64,000 nucleotides of DNA from an uncultured Caulobacterales bacterium (GTDB lineage Bacteria > Pseudomonadota > Alphaproteobacteria > Caulobacterales > Maricaulaceae): positions 2,646-66,645 of the forward strand of contig CALHXF010000029.1 of assembly GCA_938040095.1 (NCBI GenBank), written 5' to 3'. Each line of letters begins with the position of its first letter. Position 1 is the stretch's first letter. A program made the position numbers and the translations under genes. Positions 50,031 to 59,582 of this stretch are shown piece by piece. A model generated the notes under the pieces. The model was given only the letters and a program-made list of their open reading frames with translations. It made no database searches and was not told where the DNA came from.

Positions 50031-51713
50031 CTAAAATAGTTGTCCTACAGGTGCCTCTGCATCCGGTATTGGGAGTTGGTTCCATCTCAGGGTTACAATC
50101 TGATTGCCTTGCCAAAATCCAGATGGAGTCAGAATATGCAGCCCCTGCGTTAGATTTATGACATCTCCATCTCGGTATATGTCCCCATTTAGCTCAACAG
50201 GCATTGCTGTCTCGACGCCGTAGGGGCCAGCAATATATATTTGAAACTCGACAGGTTCCACACGGCTCAATCGCAGTGTTTTCCCCGCGACATAAATGGG
50301 TCCCCAATGCGCAATATAGTTATCACTCAATAAGGCCTCATCTTCTGGAAAGAACCGACGTTCAGTTTGGTTTGTGACCTTCTGCAAATCTAAACTATCT
50401 ATGTTTGCCAAAATAAATTTCGGCTGCTGCGTTTCAAGAATATCCAAAATAATCCGTTCGTCAGCATTGTAGTAATCCGTCATCACCCAATTGCTCATAA
50501 ACAATCCATATTTGGGGAATGAAGATACCATGGCACATCTATCAATATAAGGCGTAGGGGTTGGGAAAAGCGTGTGAATTGTTCCCAATACCTCTCGTTG
50601 GGTATCCATGTTCTTGGATACGAAACTACTTGCATTTGATAGGGCACTTAGAAACATAAGCGAAACAATTGCCAATAAGATTGAGAGTTTTTCCCTAAGA
50701 ATGGATACGCTCAAACCGATAGCTACCAGTACCGACGCAGGTGCGAGCATAAAAGTATAGAAGTACGGAAATCCATGACGGTAGAATAGAAGCGTAAAAA
50801 ATGGAGCCATAAAACCGGAAGCTGCGATATATGCCCACTTATTGTCGCTCTTTTTAATCTGCGACACGGACACCAAAAGGCCTACCATCATAAAGAGAAA
50901 AACGAGTGGACTAGAGATTACAGCAAATAAAAAAGCTGTTCTTCGAGGAAAAAATCCAGCGTCAAACAAACTGCCAACCGCAGCATGTTTTATATAATCT
51001 CCACTCGGGGAAACCGTTTCTATGCTTGAGCCATGTAGAAAATATAACGCCCCGAAAGAAAACAAGGATAACAAACCGCAGGTGCAGCATTTTACAAAAA
51101 CGGATCTACTCCACGCTGAAGCCCCCCAATGTGCAAACAAGATAATCGAAACGATTGGCATATAGAAGATTGCCTTGATCGTAATCATACCTGCCAAGCC
51201 AATTAAAAAGCCGACGAGGGAAACACGTTTCCATGTCAAGGTTGGTGTCATCAACAACCACAAAACACCCATCAAAAGGGTTACCGCAAGTGCATCATTC
51301 CGAAAGCTCGTCCCGTTCTGGAGAACAAAGATCATTGTTAAAAAGAGTAGTAAGCTCAACACTGATATGACTGGAGCGGCAAACTTTCGACACAGACCAT
51401 AGATGAATGCCGATGTGGCCGCCAAGCAAAAAAACATGACGAGCCGCGCCGCAATAATTTGATCAACCTCATTTGCACCAACCGAGGGCAACCAAGAAAA
51501 GGCTCTGAAATAAATCGTTTGGATCACGAGCTTCAATTCATTATTATTCCATTTATATACCCAATCGAGCAGAAAAAACTCATCCCAATGAAGTTGGTAT
51601 CGTAACGCCATAAATAAATGAAAACTGGCGACGACCGCTAGAAATGCCATCAAAACGAATTTCAGCCCTATCGGATAATCATTTTCGGGTGATAATGTTG
51701 ACTTGAATAGCAT
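50031..51713 (-). CDS. Polytopic membrane protein, possible GT-C (ArnT/PMT-like) glycosyltransferase
   Basis: About 11-12 hydrophobic segments, WDE motif after the first helix, soluble C-terminal domain; AT-richer than flanks; start uncertain (frame open to 51836). Confidence 0.55.
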   Translation of the reverse strand: MLFKSTLSPENDYPIGLKFVLMAFLAVVASFHLFMALRYQLHWDEFFLLDWVYKWNNNELKLVIQTIYFRAFSWLPSVGANEVDQIIAARLVMFFCLAATSAFIYGLCRKFAAPVISVLSLLLFLTMIFVLQNGTSFRNDALAVTLLMGVLWLLMTPTLTWKRVSLVGFLIGLAGMITIKAIFYMPIVSIILFAHWGASAWSRSVFVKCCTCGLLSLFSFGALYFLHGSSIETVSPSGDYIKHAAVGSLFDAGFFPRRTAFLFAVISSPLVFLFMMVGLLVSVSQIKKSDNKWAYIAASGFMAPFFTLLFYRHGFPYFYTFMLAPASVLVAIGLSVSILREKLSILLAIVSLMFLSALSNASSFVSKNMDTQREVLGTIHTLFPTPTPYIDRCAMVSSFPKYGLFMSNWVMTDYYNADERIILDILETQQPKFILANIDSLDLQKVTNQTERRFFPEDEALLSDNYIAHWGPIYVAGKTLRLSRVEPVEFQIYIAGPYGVETAMPVELNGDIYRDGDVINLTQGLHILTPSGFWQGNQIVTLRWNQLPIPDAEAPVGQLF

Positions 51714-52207
51714 TTCTAGACGCTCCAAACGGACAATACGTCTTAAATGTGAAAGAAATTTCATCATTGTGACGTTGGGGAGGCTAATAATATAACTTAT
51801 GACCTCGATGAAACCAAATTCGCGAAAGAGTGGCATTTAGGCTGGGACTGAAATTGAATTGAAACAACATCGTCAGAACATCAGAAGATTTCGATATTTA
51901 GCGATATTAGCCTGGTATGGATTTTCTAGAGACTCAGGCCTTCAAGATTTGAAGAACTGACTTACAATGCTCTTCGGCAAGCTTCTGAATTTTATATTTT
52001 TAATCTCGGGCAGGGGACTGAGAAAGCGATTTGGTCCATCAAATTTTGACGGTGAACGCGTAATCTTAGTAGCATCTTTCTTTCGCAATGACGTTAAAGT
52101 TTATTGAATGCTCATAAATGCTGTTCAGGCATTCCTTGTTTCGTCCATCAAGCTAAGCTAGACGGCAACACCACAACCCTTACGGAAACATCTGCGGAGA
52201 CGTCTCT

Positions 52208-52235
52208 GTATCGCATAATGAATATTATGAGAAAT
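52208..52235 (+). other. dif-like XerC/XerD recombination site
   Basis: GTATCGCATAA-TGAATA-TTATGAGAAAT, 11-6-11 layout, 22/28 identical to E. coli dif GGTGCGCATAATGTATATTATGTTAAAT; intergenic. Confidence 0.8.
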
Positions 52236-52266
52236 ACTATCCATTATTGATTTGGACCTCAGACCT

Positions 52267-53898
52267 ATGTCAACGACCCGTACTATTTCCACCAAGGCTT
52301 ATGATGACCAAAAGCCAGGAACATCAGGCCTGCGAAAACGTGTATCTGTTTTTCAACAAGCGCAATACCTCGAGAATTTTATTCAATCGACGTTTAATGC
52401 GTTACCGCAACTCGTTGGCGGAAAAATTATATTGGGTGGTGATGGTCGATATTTTAACAACGAGGCAGTTCAAATCATTTTACGCATGGCAGCGGCCAAC
52501 GGTATCGCAGAAGTCATCCTCGGGAAAAATTCAATCTTATCAACGCCAGCAGCGTCACACTTAATCCGGAAATACTGTCTGTCAGGTGGTTTCATCCTAT
52601 CTGCAAGCCATAATCCCGCAGGTCCCAGTGGAGATTTTGGTATCAAATTCAATCTCGAAAACGGAGGTCCCGCACCGACGTCCATAACCGATAAGATATT
52701 CGAGATTAGCCAAACCCTATTGGAATATAAAATCGTTGAAGGAGCAATCGACACGTCGCGTATTGGCCAACAAAGTTTAGGTGACATGAAAGTCACGATC
52801 ATCGACCCCGTCACAGATTTTGCAAATTATATGGAAAATTTGTTTGATTTCAATGCGATAAAGGCCCTTATTGAAAGCGATTTCTCTTTTGTTTTTGACG
52901 CTATGAGTGCCGTTTCCGGGCCATATGCTGAAGAAATCTTCGGAGCGCGGCTAGGAGTCTCCGCCAACAATCTATTCAACACGCGTCCCCTTCCCGATTT
53001 TGGCGGCGGTCATCCAGACCCCAATCCCGTTCACGCTAAGGCGCTATTTGATCTCATGTATGGTTCTGATGCGCCTAATTTCGGTACGGCTTCAGACGGC
53101 GATGGTGATCGATATATCGCGTTAGGTTCCAAATTTTATGTCAGCCCGTCTGACTGCCTCGCGATCATTGCGGCAAATGCGCATCTGTCTCCGGGCTATA
53201 AAGATGGCATCCAAGGTATTGCTCGCTCTATGCCAACCAGTCGTGCCGCGGATAAAGTAGCCGAGCGCCTCGACATTGTGTGCCATGAAACACCGACGGG
53301 CTGGAAGTACTTCGGCAACCTGATGGAAGCTGGCCATATTACGATTTGTGGCGAAGAAAGCGCCAGTACTTCATCCAATCATATCCGTGAAAAGGACGGT
53401 CTGTGGGGGGTCCTGATGTGGCTGAATATAATCGCTGTTCGAGGTCAAAGTGCCGAAGATATTGTAAGAGCCCATTGGCTAAAATTTGGACGACATTATT
53501 ACACGCGACATGACTATGAAGAAGTTGAAATCGATCGCGCCGAAACAGTTATGCAAACCCTACGCGGAAAGCTCTTCTCGCTTGCCGGGAAAAAGTTACA
53601 CGGCGAAACGATAGAAGCCGCCGATAGCTTCACCTACACGGATCCTGTTGATGGAACTGTAACGGAAAATCAGGGGCTTCGGGTGTTTTTCGAAAGTGGC
53701 TCTCGATTCGTTATGCGGCTTTCTGGAACGGGAACCAAAGGCGCTACTTTGAGGCTTTATCTGGAGAAATATACAGAACCTAAAGGTGATCATTCGCTCG
53801 ACTTGGCCGATGCGACAGTCAATTTAGCTAAAATTGCGAACACACTCACAGATTTAAAAACAACATTAAACCGGGACGCGCCCTCCGTCATTTCGTGA
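52267..53898 (+). CDS. pgm: Phosphoglucomutase
   Basis: DQKPGTSGLRK, SASHNP, DGDGDR, ETPTGWK, GEES, MRLSGTGT. Confidence 0.95.
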   Translation: MSTTRTISTKAYDDQKPGTSGLRKRVSVFQQAQYLENFIQSTFNALPQLVGGKIILGGDGRYFNNEAVQIILRMAAANGIAEVILGKNSILSTPAASHLIRKYCLSGGFILSASHNPAGPSGDFGIKFNLENGGPAPTSITDKIFEISQTLLEYKIVEGAIDTSRIGQQSLGDMKVTIIDPVTDFANYMENLFDFNAIKALIESDFSFVFDAMSAVSGPYAEEIFGARLGVSANNLFNTRPLPDFGGGHPDPNPVHAKALFDLMYGSDAPNFGTASDGDGDRYIALGSKFYVSPSDCLAIIAANAHLSPGYKDGIQGIARSMPTSRAADKVAERLDIVCHETPTGWKYFGNLMEAGHITICGEESASTSSNHIREKDGLWGVLMWLNIIAVRGQSAEDIVRAHWLKFGRHYYTRHDYEEVEIDRAETVMQTLRGKLFSLAGKKLHGETIEAADSFTYTDPVDGTVTENQGLRVFFESGSRFVMRLSGTGTKGATLRLYLEKYTEPKGDHSLDLADATVNLAKIANTLTDLKTTLNRDAPSVIS

Positions 53899-53929
53899 CA
53901 TCGCCCCTCATTTCGCGCTAACAGGGCTT

Positions 53930-54895
53930 ATGACACACTCTCATCAAGATCACCTCGCCATTGGTCGCAACGTTATTCGCGTAGAAGCCGAAGGCTTGCT
54001 CGCTTTAGAAGGTTCGCTAGGGCAAAGTTTCTTGGACGCGATTGATATCATCCTCGCTTGTGACCAACATTTGATCGTTGTCGGCATCGGTAAGTCTGGA
54101 CATATTGGCCGCAAGATTGCTGCAAGCTTTGCTTCGATGGGAACGCCCGCATTTTTCGTGCATCCATCTGAAGCCGCACATGGCGACCTCGGGATGATTA
54201 CGGCGGGTACCATTGTTTTGGGATTGTCCAACAGTGGTGAAAGCGCCGAAGTAAATGGCGTTATTGAATATGCAAAATCACTCGGAAATCAAACACTCGC
54301 GATCACAGCAGGTCCTCAATCTACACTCGCAAAATGCGCAGATATTGCCCTGCTTTTACCTAATGTCCCAGAAGCCTGTCCGAACCGTTTGGCCCCGACA
54401 ACATCCACCACACTAACCCTCGCATTGGGTGACGCCCTAGGCGTTGCTGTTATGGAAGCGCGGGGGTTTACAGCCGAAGATTTCGGTCGACGTCATCCCG
54501 CTGGCAAACTCGGTTTCGGCTTAAAACGTGTTACAGAGTACCTTGCCGGTCAGAACGCCTCTGTGCCGCTCATTCAACCCGATGCAAGGATGGCCGATGT
54601 GATCCTCGCCATTACGGGCGGTGGCAAAGGTTGCGTTGGCGTCGTTCAAGATACACAACTGATTGGCATTGTGACGGACGGCGACTTACGGCGTGCAATG
54701 GGGCCGGACATTATGTCTCAAACTGCGTCTATGATTATGACGAAAGACCCGTTTACCCTTGCGCCTGAAATGCGAATTAAGGATGCTATTACCTCGTTCA
54801 CTGAACGTAAGATCGGGAATGCATTTGTCCTGGATGGCCAGAATATTATCGGGTTGATTGATCTCAAAACGCTATTGGCTACCGGTTATGTCTAA
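53930..54895 (+). CDS. kdsD: Arabinose-5-phosphate isomerase (KpsF/GutQ family, SIS plus CBS)
   Basis: GIGKSGHIG, HPSEAAHGDLG, APTTST, HPAGKLG, TDGDLRR. Confidence 0.92.
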   Translation: MTHSHQDHLAIGRNVIRVEAEGLLALEGSLGQSFLDAIDIILACDQHLIVVGIGKSGHIGRKIAASFASMGTPAFFVHPSEAAHGDLGMITAGTIVLGLSNSGESAEVNGVIEYAKSLGNQTLAITAGPQSTLAKCADIALLLPNVPEACPNRLAPTTSTTLTLALGDALGVAVMEARGFTAEDFGRRHPAGKLGFGLKRVTEYLAGQNASVPLIQPDARMADVILAITGGGKGCVGVVQDTQLIGIVTDGDLRRAMGPDIMSQTASMIMTKDPFTLAPEMRIKDAITSFTERKIGNAFVLDGQNIIGLIDLKTLLATGYV

Positions 54896-55685
54896 GCCCC
54901 TCATCGTCATACCCGCGCGCATGGCCTCAACCCGTTTTCCGGGGAAACCTCTGGCTAAAATTGCTGACGTTAGCATGTTACGACGAACAGCCCATATTGC
55001 GGCTAATGTCTCGGATTCAGAATTCGTTGTTGCAACTGACCATAATGATATTGCCGCCCATTGTGAAGATCATGGTTTGCCCGTTGTGATGACCAATGCG
55101 GATCTTGCATCTGGGAGCGACCGAGCACTCGCCGCGTCACGACAATTTCGACCCGAAGCCGACATCATTGTCAATTTGCAAGGGGATGCCCCATTCTCTG
55201 ATCCGTCCCATATTAGTGCGGTGATCGAACGTCTCAAAATAGAGGCTGTTGACATTGCGACACCTGCGATACGGTTGACATGGGATGAACTAGATGTGCT
55301 GCGCCGCACAAAATTAACAACTCCGTTTTCCGGAACGACGGTCGTTGAGAAAGATGGGCGCGCGATATGGTTTTCAAAGAACATCATCCCTGCAATTCGC
55401 AAAGAGGAAGACCTTCGTCAGAGTTCCTCTGTCTCCCCTGTCCTTCGTCACGTTGGGCTTTACGGTTTCAAGAAGCAGGCTTTGGAACGTTTCAATGCAC
55501 TACCTGAAAGCCACTATGAAACCCTAGAAGGTTTAGAACAGCTGCGCGCGATTGAAGACGGTATGCATGTCGCAATTATCCACGTTTCTGCACCACATAT
55601 TTCTTCACCGGGTATAGATACGCCCGAGGATTTGGCACGTGCGGAAGCGCTGATCATGGAACTTGGCGACCCCTTTTTATCATGA
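54888..55685 (+). CDS. kdsB: 3-deoxy-manno-octulosonate cytidylyltransferase
   Basis: IPARMASTRFPGKPL, VATD, SGSDR, NLQGD, HVGLY, EGLEQLR, IDTPED. Confidence 0.92.
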   Translation: MSKPLIVIPARMASTRFPGKPLAKIADVSMLRRTAHIAANVSDSEFVVATDHNDIAAHCEDHGLPVVMTNADLASGSDRALAASRQFRPEADIIVNLQGDAPFSDPSHISAVIERLKIEAVDIATPAIRLTWDELDVLRRTKLTTPFSGTTVVEKDGRAIWFSKNIIPAIRKEEDLRQSSSVSPVLRHVGLYGFKKQALERFNALPESHYETLEGLEQLRAIEDGMHVAIIHVSAPHISSPGIDTPEDLARAEALIMELGDPFLS

Positions 55686-56275
55686 CGAATGCGAAACGAG
55701 GCCGTGTTTTCATTGTCCGTCATGGAAACACATTTGATAAAGGTGACATATTATTGCGCGTTGGCGGCAGGACGAATTTGCCATTGTCGACTTCAGGTTT
55801 GATTCAAGCGAAATCCTTAGCGGTCCATTTCGAAACTTTCGATTTCATGCAGGCTTACTCCTCGGATTTGAAACGTACGCGCCAAACTGCGGAAACCATT
55901 CTAGGCGAGCAGCCTTACGAGTTGGCACATTTCCTCGCGGAGATTGATTACGGCCCTGATGAAGGCCAGCCTGAGGAGGTTGTTGTTGCACGACTAGGGC
56001 AAGCCGCTTTGGACCGTTGGGACACAGACGCGATTCCGCCTATTGAGTGGCATGTTGATCCAGAGGATTTGCGAACGGCGTGGCAAGCCTTTCTTGCGAC
56101 GTGTTCGCAGACATCTGACACGCTCGTCGTGACCTCAAATGGTGTCGCAAGGTTCCTATTGGATGTTGTCGAAGTTACCAAAGATGTTCCGCGAAAATTA
56201 CGCACAGGCGCTTACGGGACCGTTGAATTCACCCCAAAAGGTCCAGTTCTCACGGCATGGGACGTTAGGCCCTAA
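55682..56275 (+). CDS. Histidine phosphatase family protein
   Basis: IVRHGNT, SSDLKRTRQTA, EIDYG..EG, VVTSNG; ATGA overlap with kdsB. Confidence 0.88.
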   Translation: MTNAKRGRVFIVRHGNTFDKGDILLRVGGRTNLPLSTSGLIQAKSLAVHFETFDFMQAYSSDLKRTRQTAETILGEQPYELAHFLAEIDYGPDEGQPEEVVVARLGQAALDRWDTDAIPPIEWHVDPEDLRTAWQAFLATCSQTSDTLVVTSNGVARFLLDVVEVTKDVPRKLRTGAYGTVEFTPKGPVLTAWDVRP

Positions 56276-57083
56276 CCACCATTCGATCATATGCGGGCAC
56301 CGCAATCAAAGGGAGTTCGGACTTCAAAGTTGCGTAATCCATATCAATATGAAGGTTCGTCAAAACAGCCGATTTAGCCCGCGAACGCGCCAACCAAGAG
56401 AGCGTTTTGTCAGCATGCGCGTGGGTTGGGTGTTGACTGTAACGTAACGCATCTACGATCCAACAGTTCATTCCACTCAGGCGCTCGAGCGTCTGGTCTT
56501 CTATGTCCCAGACGTCAGGCGCATAAGCGATTTCGGAATCAAAAACGAAGCCTAATGACGGTGTCGGGCCATGACTGACCTCTAACGTTTCAATATCAAT
56601 AGAGCCGCCTGGACCGTCAATGTTTGTAACCGAACCATCGGAGATCAAATCCTGCAGAGCCAATATTGGTGGATGAACGCGGCCCTCGGGCATTTCGAAA
56701 CAATAGTTGAATCGCTTGAAAACATGGGTCTTCGTATGCTGATCCATATAGGTCGGAATTTGTGCGCGCATCCGATAGGCAATGGCGCGAAGGTCATCGA
56801 TACCATGTGATTGATCGGCGTGATCATGGGTGTAAAATACAGCATCCAAGTGATGGATGTCTTCGCGCAATAGCTGAACGCGGAGATCGGGCGAGGTGTC
56901 GATCAAGACATTTGTGCAGGACTTAAGATCAGGCTCGTCCGAACCCTCCCACTTCTGGACCAAAATAGAGCTGCGAGTTCGTGCATTTTTCGGCTCTGTT
57001 GGATCACAAAAACCCCAATCCCCGCCAATGCGCGGGACACCACCCGAGGAACCACATCCCAATATGATAGCACGTAAACCCAT
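56265..57083 (-). CDS. MBL-fold metallo-hydrolase (PhnP-like)
   Basis: LGCGSSGGVP, IDTSPDLR, THDHADQSHG, HPTH. Confidence 0.9.
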   Translation of the reverse strand: MGLRAIILGCGSSGGVPRIGGDWGFCDPTEPKNARTRSSILVQKWEGSDEPDLKSCTNVLIDTSPDLRVQLLREDIHHLDAVFYTHDHADQSHGIDDLRAIAYRMRAQIPTYMDQHTKTHVFKRFNYCFEMPEGRVHPPILALQDLISDGSVTNIDGPGGSIDIETLEVSHGPTPSLGFVFDSEIAYAPDVWDIEDQTLERLSGMNCWIVDALRYSQHPTHAHADKTLSWLARSRAKSAVLTNLHIDMDYATLKSELPLIAVPAYDRMVVRA

Positions 57084-57865
57084 TACTCAGGCCTCTTCGC
57101 TTTGATGAACAGCTCAAAGAAAGCATCCGTTGTCTTCTGCGCCGTTTCTTCTTCGGTCCAATCAAATAATGTTGCCAGCGCTTTGCAAACTTCAACCACA
57201 TAAGCGGGTTCATTCCGTCGCCCTCGATATGGAACGGGTGCAAGATACGGACAATCTGTTTCTAACATGATGCGGTTTCGTGGCATTTTCAATATACACT
57301 CCCGAACCTCATGCGCAGATTTGAAGGTCATAATACCGGACACAGAAAAATAGAATCCCATCTCAGCCGCAGCATCCGCCAAACGCTGTCCAGAGGTGTA
57401 ACAATGCATGATCGCATTGAATGGTTTCTTCGCATAGGCAGTTTGAAGTATCTCCAACATGTCGTCATCCGCCTCACGCGTATGGACAATAAGGGGAAGC
57501 TGCGTTTCCTGCACGGCTTCAATATGAGCGAGGAAGTTGGCCCTCTGGATCTTGCGCGGCGACCAATCATAGTGATAATCTAAGCCTGTTTCACCAATTG
57601 CAACGACCTTTGGGTCATGTGTCAGCGCGACGATTGTTTCGGCTTTAATGTCAGGATTATCTTTCGCATCGTGCGGGTGCGTTCCGACGGTTGCCCAGAT
57701 ATTCGGGTCCATATGCGCGACATCTAAAACAGCTTTCGCATCTTTCAGATGACAACAAATGTTAAGCATTGGGCCAACGCCTGCGTCTCTGGCGCGTAAT
57801 ATCGTTTCCGCTAGGTCGTCGGCGAACTTTTCACCATGTAAATTTACGTGACTATCGACAATCAT
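57083..57865 (-). CDS. TatD family nuclease
   Basis: DSH..LH, GTHPH, IGETGLDY, IVHTR, MHCY, LETDCPYL, RNEP. Confidence 0.93.
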   Translation of the reverse strand: MIVDSHVNLHGEKFADDLAETILRARDAGVGPMLNICCHLKDAKAVLDVAHMDPNIWATVGTHPHDAKDNPDIKAETIVALTHDPKVVAIGETGLDYHYDWSPRKIQRANFLAHIEAVQETQLPLIVHTREADDDMLEILQTAYAKKPFNAIMHCYTSGQRLADAAAEMGFYFSVSGIMTFKSAHEVRECILKMPRNRIMLETDCPYLAPVPYRGRRNEPAYVVEVCKALATLFDWTEEETAQKTTDAFFELFIKAKRPE

Positions 57866-58929
57866 CAAGCGGCCCTAATCGACGAAAGAAGTTCAAACAT
57901 AGTGGCTGTCTTATCCAAATTAATCGCGGCTTCTGCGCGGCGAACATCCCGCAAACGCGCGTGATTTTCCTGCCAAACCTGAGCAGAACGTTTTATTTTT
58001 GCAGGCGCAAACGGTCCTTCATACTGCCCTGTTGCTGCGAACAATGCGTGCGCATGAATTGTATCGTCCAAACTATCCCAGAATAGCCCCCGAGAAATCT
58101 GGTGACGTTTCTCCGCCATCCGCTTTGCTATCGCCATGTCGACATCTAACGCGGGGGTGCCGAGTGAACTGAGATAATCAGAAATGGATCGTAACACGAC
58201 ATCAGCGTTTTGCACCAAGGCCAGTGCCTTTCCCGGGGCACCACGTGAAAGCCTGACAGCCGCGTTGAGTAATTCTGGTGCCCCACGACCATGATCTGAC
58301 AGCCAGCTCAGGATTTGATCATCGGGAACAGCCCGCAACTCCAAGGCCATACAGCGAGACCGAATGGTCGGAAGCAATCGACCTGGCGCAGAGGAAATCA
58401 GAATAAACAAGGTATTGGACGGTGGCTCTTCAAGAAGTTTGAGAATGGCGTTTTCTGAATTTCGATTCAGTTCATCCGCACTGTCGATGATGCAAACTCG
58501 CCATTTTCCGGTTTCTGAAGCTGTCTCCTGAAAAAAACCAGACACTTCACGGACACGGTCAACAGGAATGTCTTGGCGAAAGCGTTTGAGCTTCGTGTCA
58601 TAGGGGCGGCGTAATACAAAGAGATTACCATGCGTGAGCGCTTCGACGCGTTGCGCAACAGGGTCCGTTTCTGGAATATCAAGAGACGTCGAAAGCAGCG
58701 AATCTCCACCCAATAATTTGCGAGCCATGCGGTATGCTAATGTGGCCTTTCCAATTCCCTTTGGGCCCGAAAGTAACCAAGCATGATGCATTCGCCCGGA
58801 CCGCATAGCCTTCAGAAAGCGCGTTTCTGCTGCCTGATGACCGAGTAGAGAATAGACCTCTCGCGGATGCGGACACGCATCGGCCCGATCAGCTTCAGGT
58901 AAAGCCTCAGCATTCTCAATGGTGCGCAA
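57865..58929 (-). CDS. holB: DNA polymerase III subunit delta'
   Basis: HHAWLLSGPKGIGKA, NAILKLLEEPP, LLPTIRSRC; follows tmk. Confidence 0.92.
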   Translation of the reverse strand: MRTIENAEALPEADRADACPHPREVYSLLGHQAAETRFLKAMRSGRMHHAWLLSGPKGIGKATLAYRMARKLLGGDSLLSTSLDIPETDPVAQRVEALTHGNLFVLRRPYDTKLKRFRQDIPVDRVREVSGFFQETASETGKWRVCIIDSADELNRNSENAILKLLEEPPSNTLFILISSAPGRLLPTIRSRCMALELRAVPDDQILSWLSDHGRGAPELLNAAVRLSRGAPGKALALVQNADVVLRSISDYLSSLGTPALDVDMAIAKRMAEKRHQISRGLFWDSLDDTIHAHALFAATGQYEGPFAPAKIKRSAQVWQENHARLRDVRRAEAAINLDKTATMFELLSSIRAA

Positions 58930-59580
58930 CTAAGCCCCCACTTTTCCTGCGAGAGCTGGGAATTGCTTCGTTAAAGCGAAAAGAATGCTGTTTTGAACAT
59001 TTCCACGTGTGCCATCTGCATCAACGGTTTGAACACGGTTTGGACTTTGAGCTGCAATTTCGAGAAAAGCAGAGCGCAAAGTCTTGTGGAAATCCAAGCT
59101 CTCCGCATCAAAACGTGTCAGGTCTTCGCCGCGGGTCTCAACTCGTTTTTGTGCTAGAACAGGGTCCATATCGAAAAGGATTGTCAAATCTGGTTCAAAG
59201 CCACCCATGACAGCTTTATGTACCGCTCTCACACGGTCCGCGCCCAATCCACGTGCATAGCCTTGATACGCCATGCTGGAGTCTGCGAAACGGTCTGAGA
59301 TCACCCATACACCGCGTTGCAAGGCCGGCTTAATCAGCTTCTCAACATGGTCAATCCGCGCAGCATACATCAGCAATAATTCCGTCATTCCCGACCAGCG
59401 GTCAGAGGTGCCTTCAAGCACGAGATCACGGATCGCTTCTGCGCCAAATGTCCCGCCAGGTTCTCGAGTTAAGAGCGTTTCAACGCCCGCTTTTTCGAGG
59501 GCTTCGGCAAGGAGTGTGGCTTGGGTCGTTTTCCCCGCACCTTCACCACCTTCAAATGTTATGAATTTTCCAAGTTCCAT
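58930..59580 (-). CDS. tmk: Thymidylate kinase
   Basis: FITFEGGEGAGKTTQ, TREPGG, DRF.DSS.AYQG. Confidence 0.96.
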   Translation of the reverse strand: MELGKFITFEGGEGAGKTTQATLLAEALEKAGVETLLTREPGGTFGAEAIRDLVLEGTSDRWSGMTELLLMYAARIDHVEKLIKPALQRGVWVISDRFADSSMAYQGYARGLGADRVRAVHKAVMGGFEPDLTILFDMDPVLAQKRVETRGEDLTRFDAESLDFHKTLRSAFLEIAAQSPNRVQTVDADGTRGNVQNSILFALTKQFPALAGKVGA

Positions 59581-59582
59581 GA

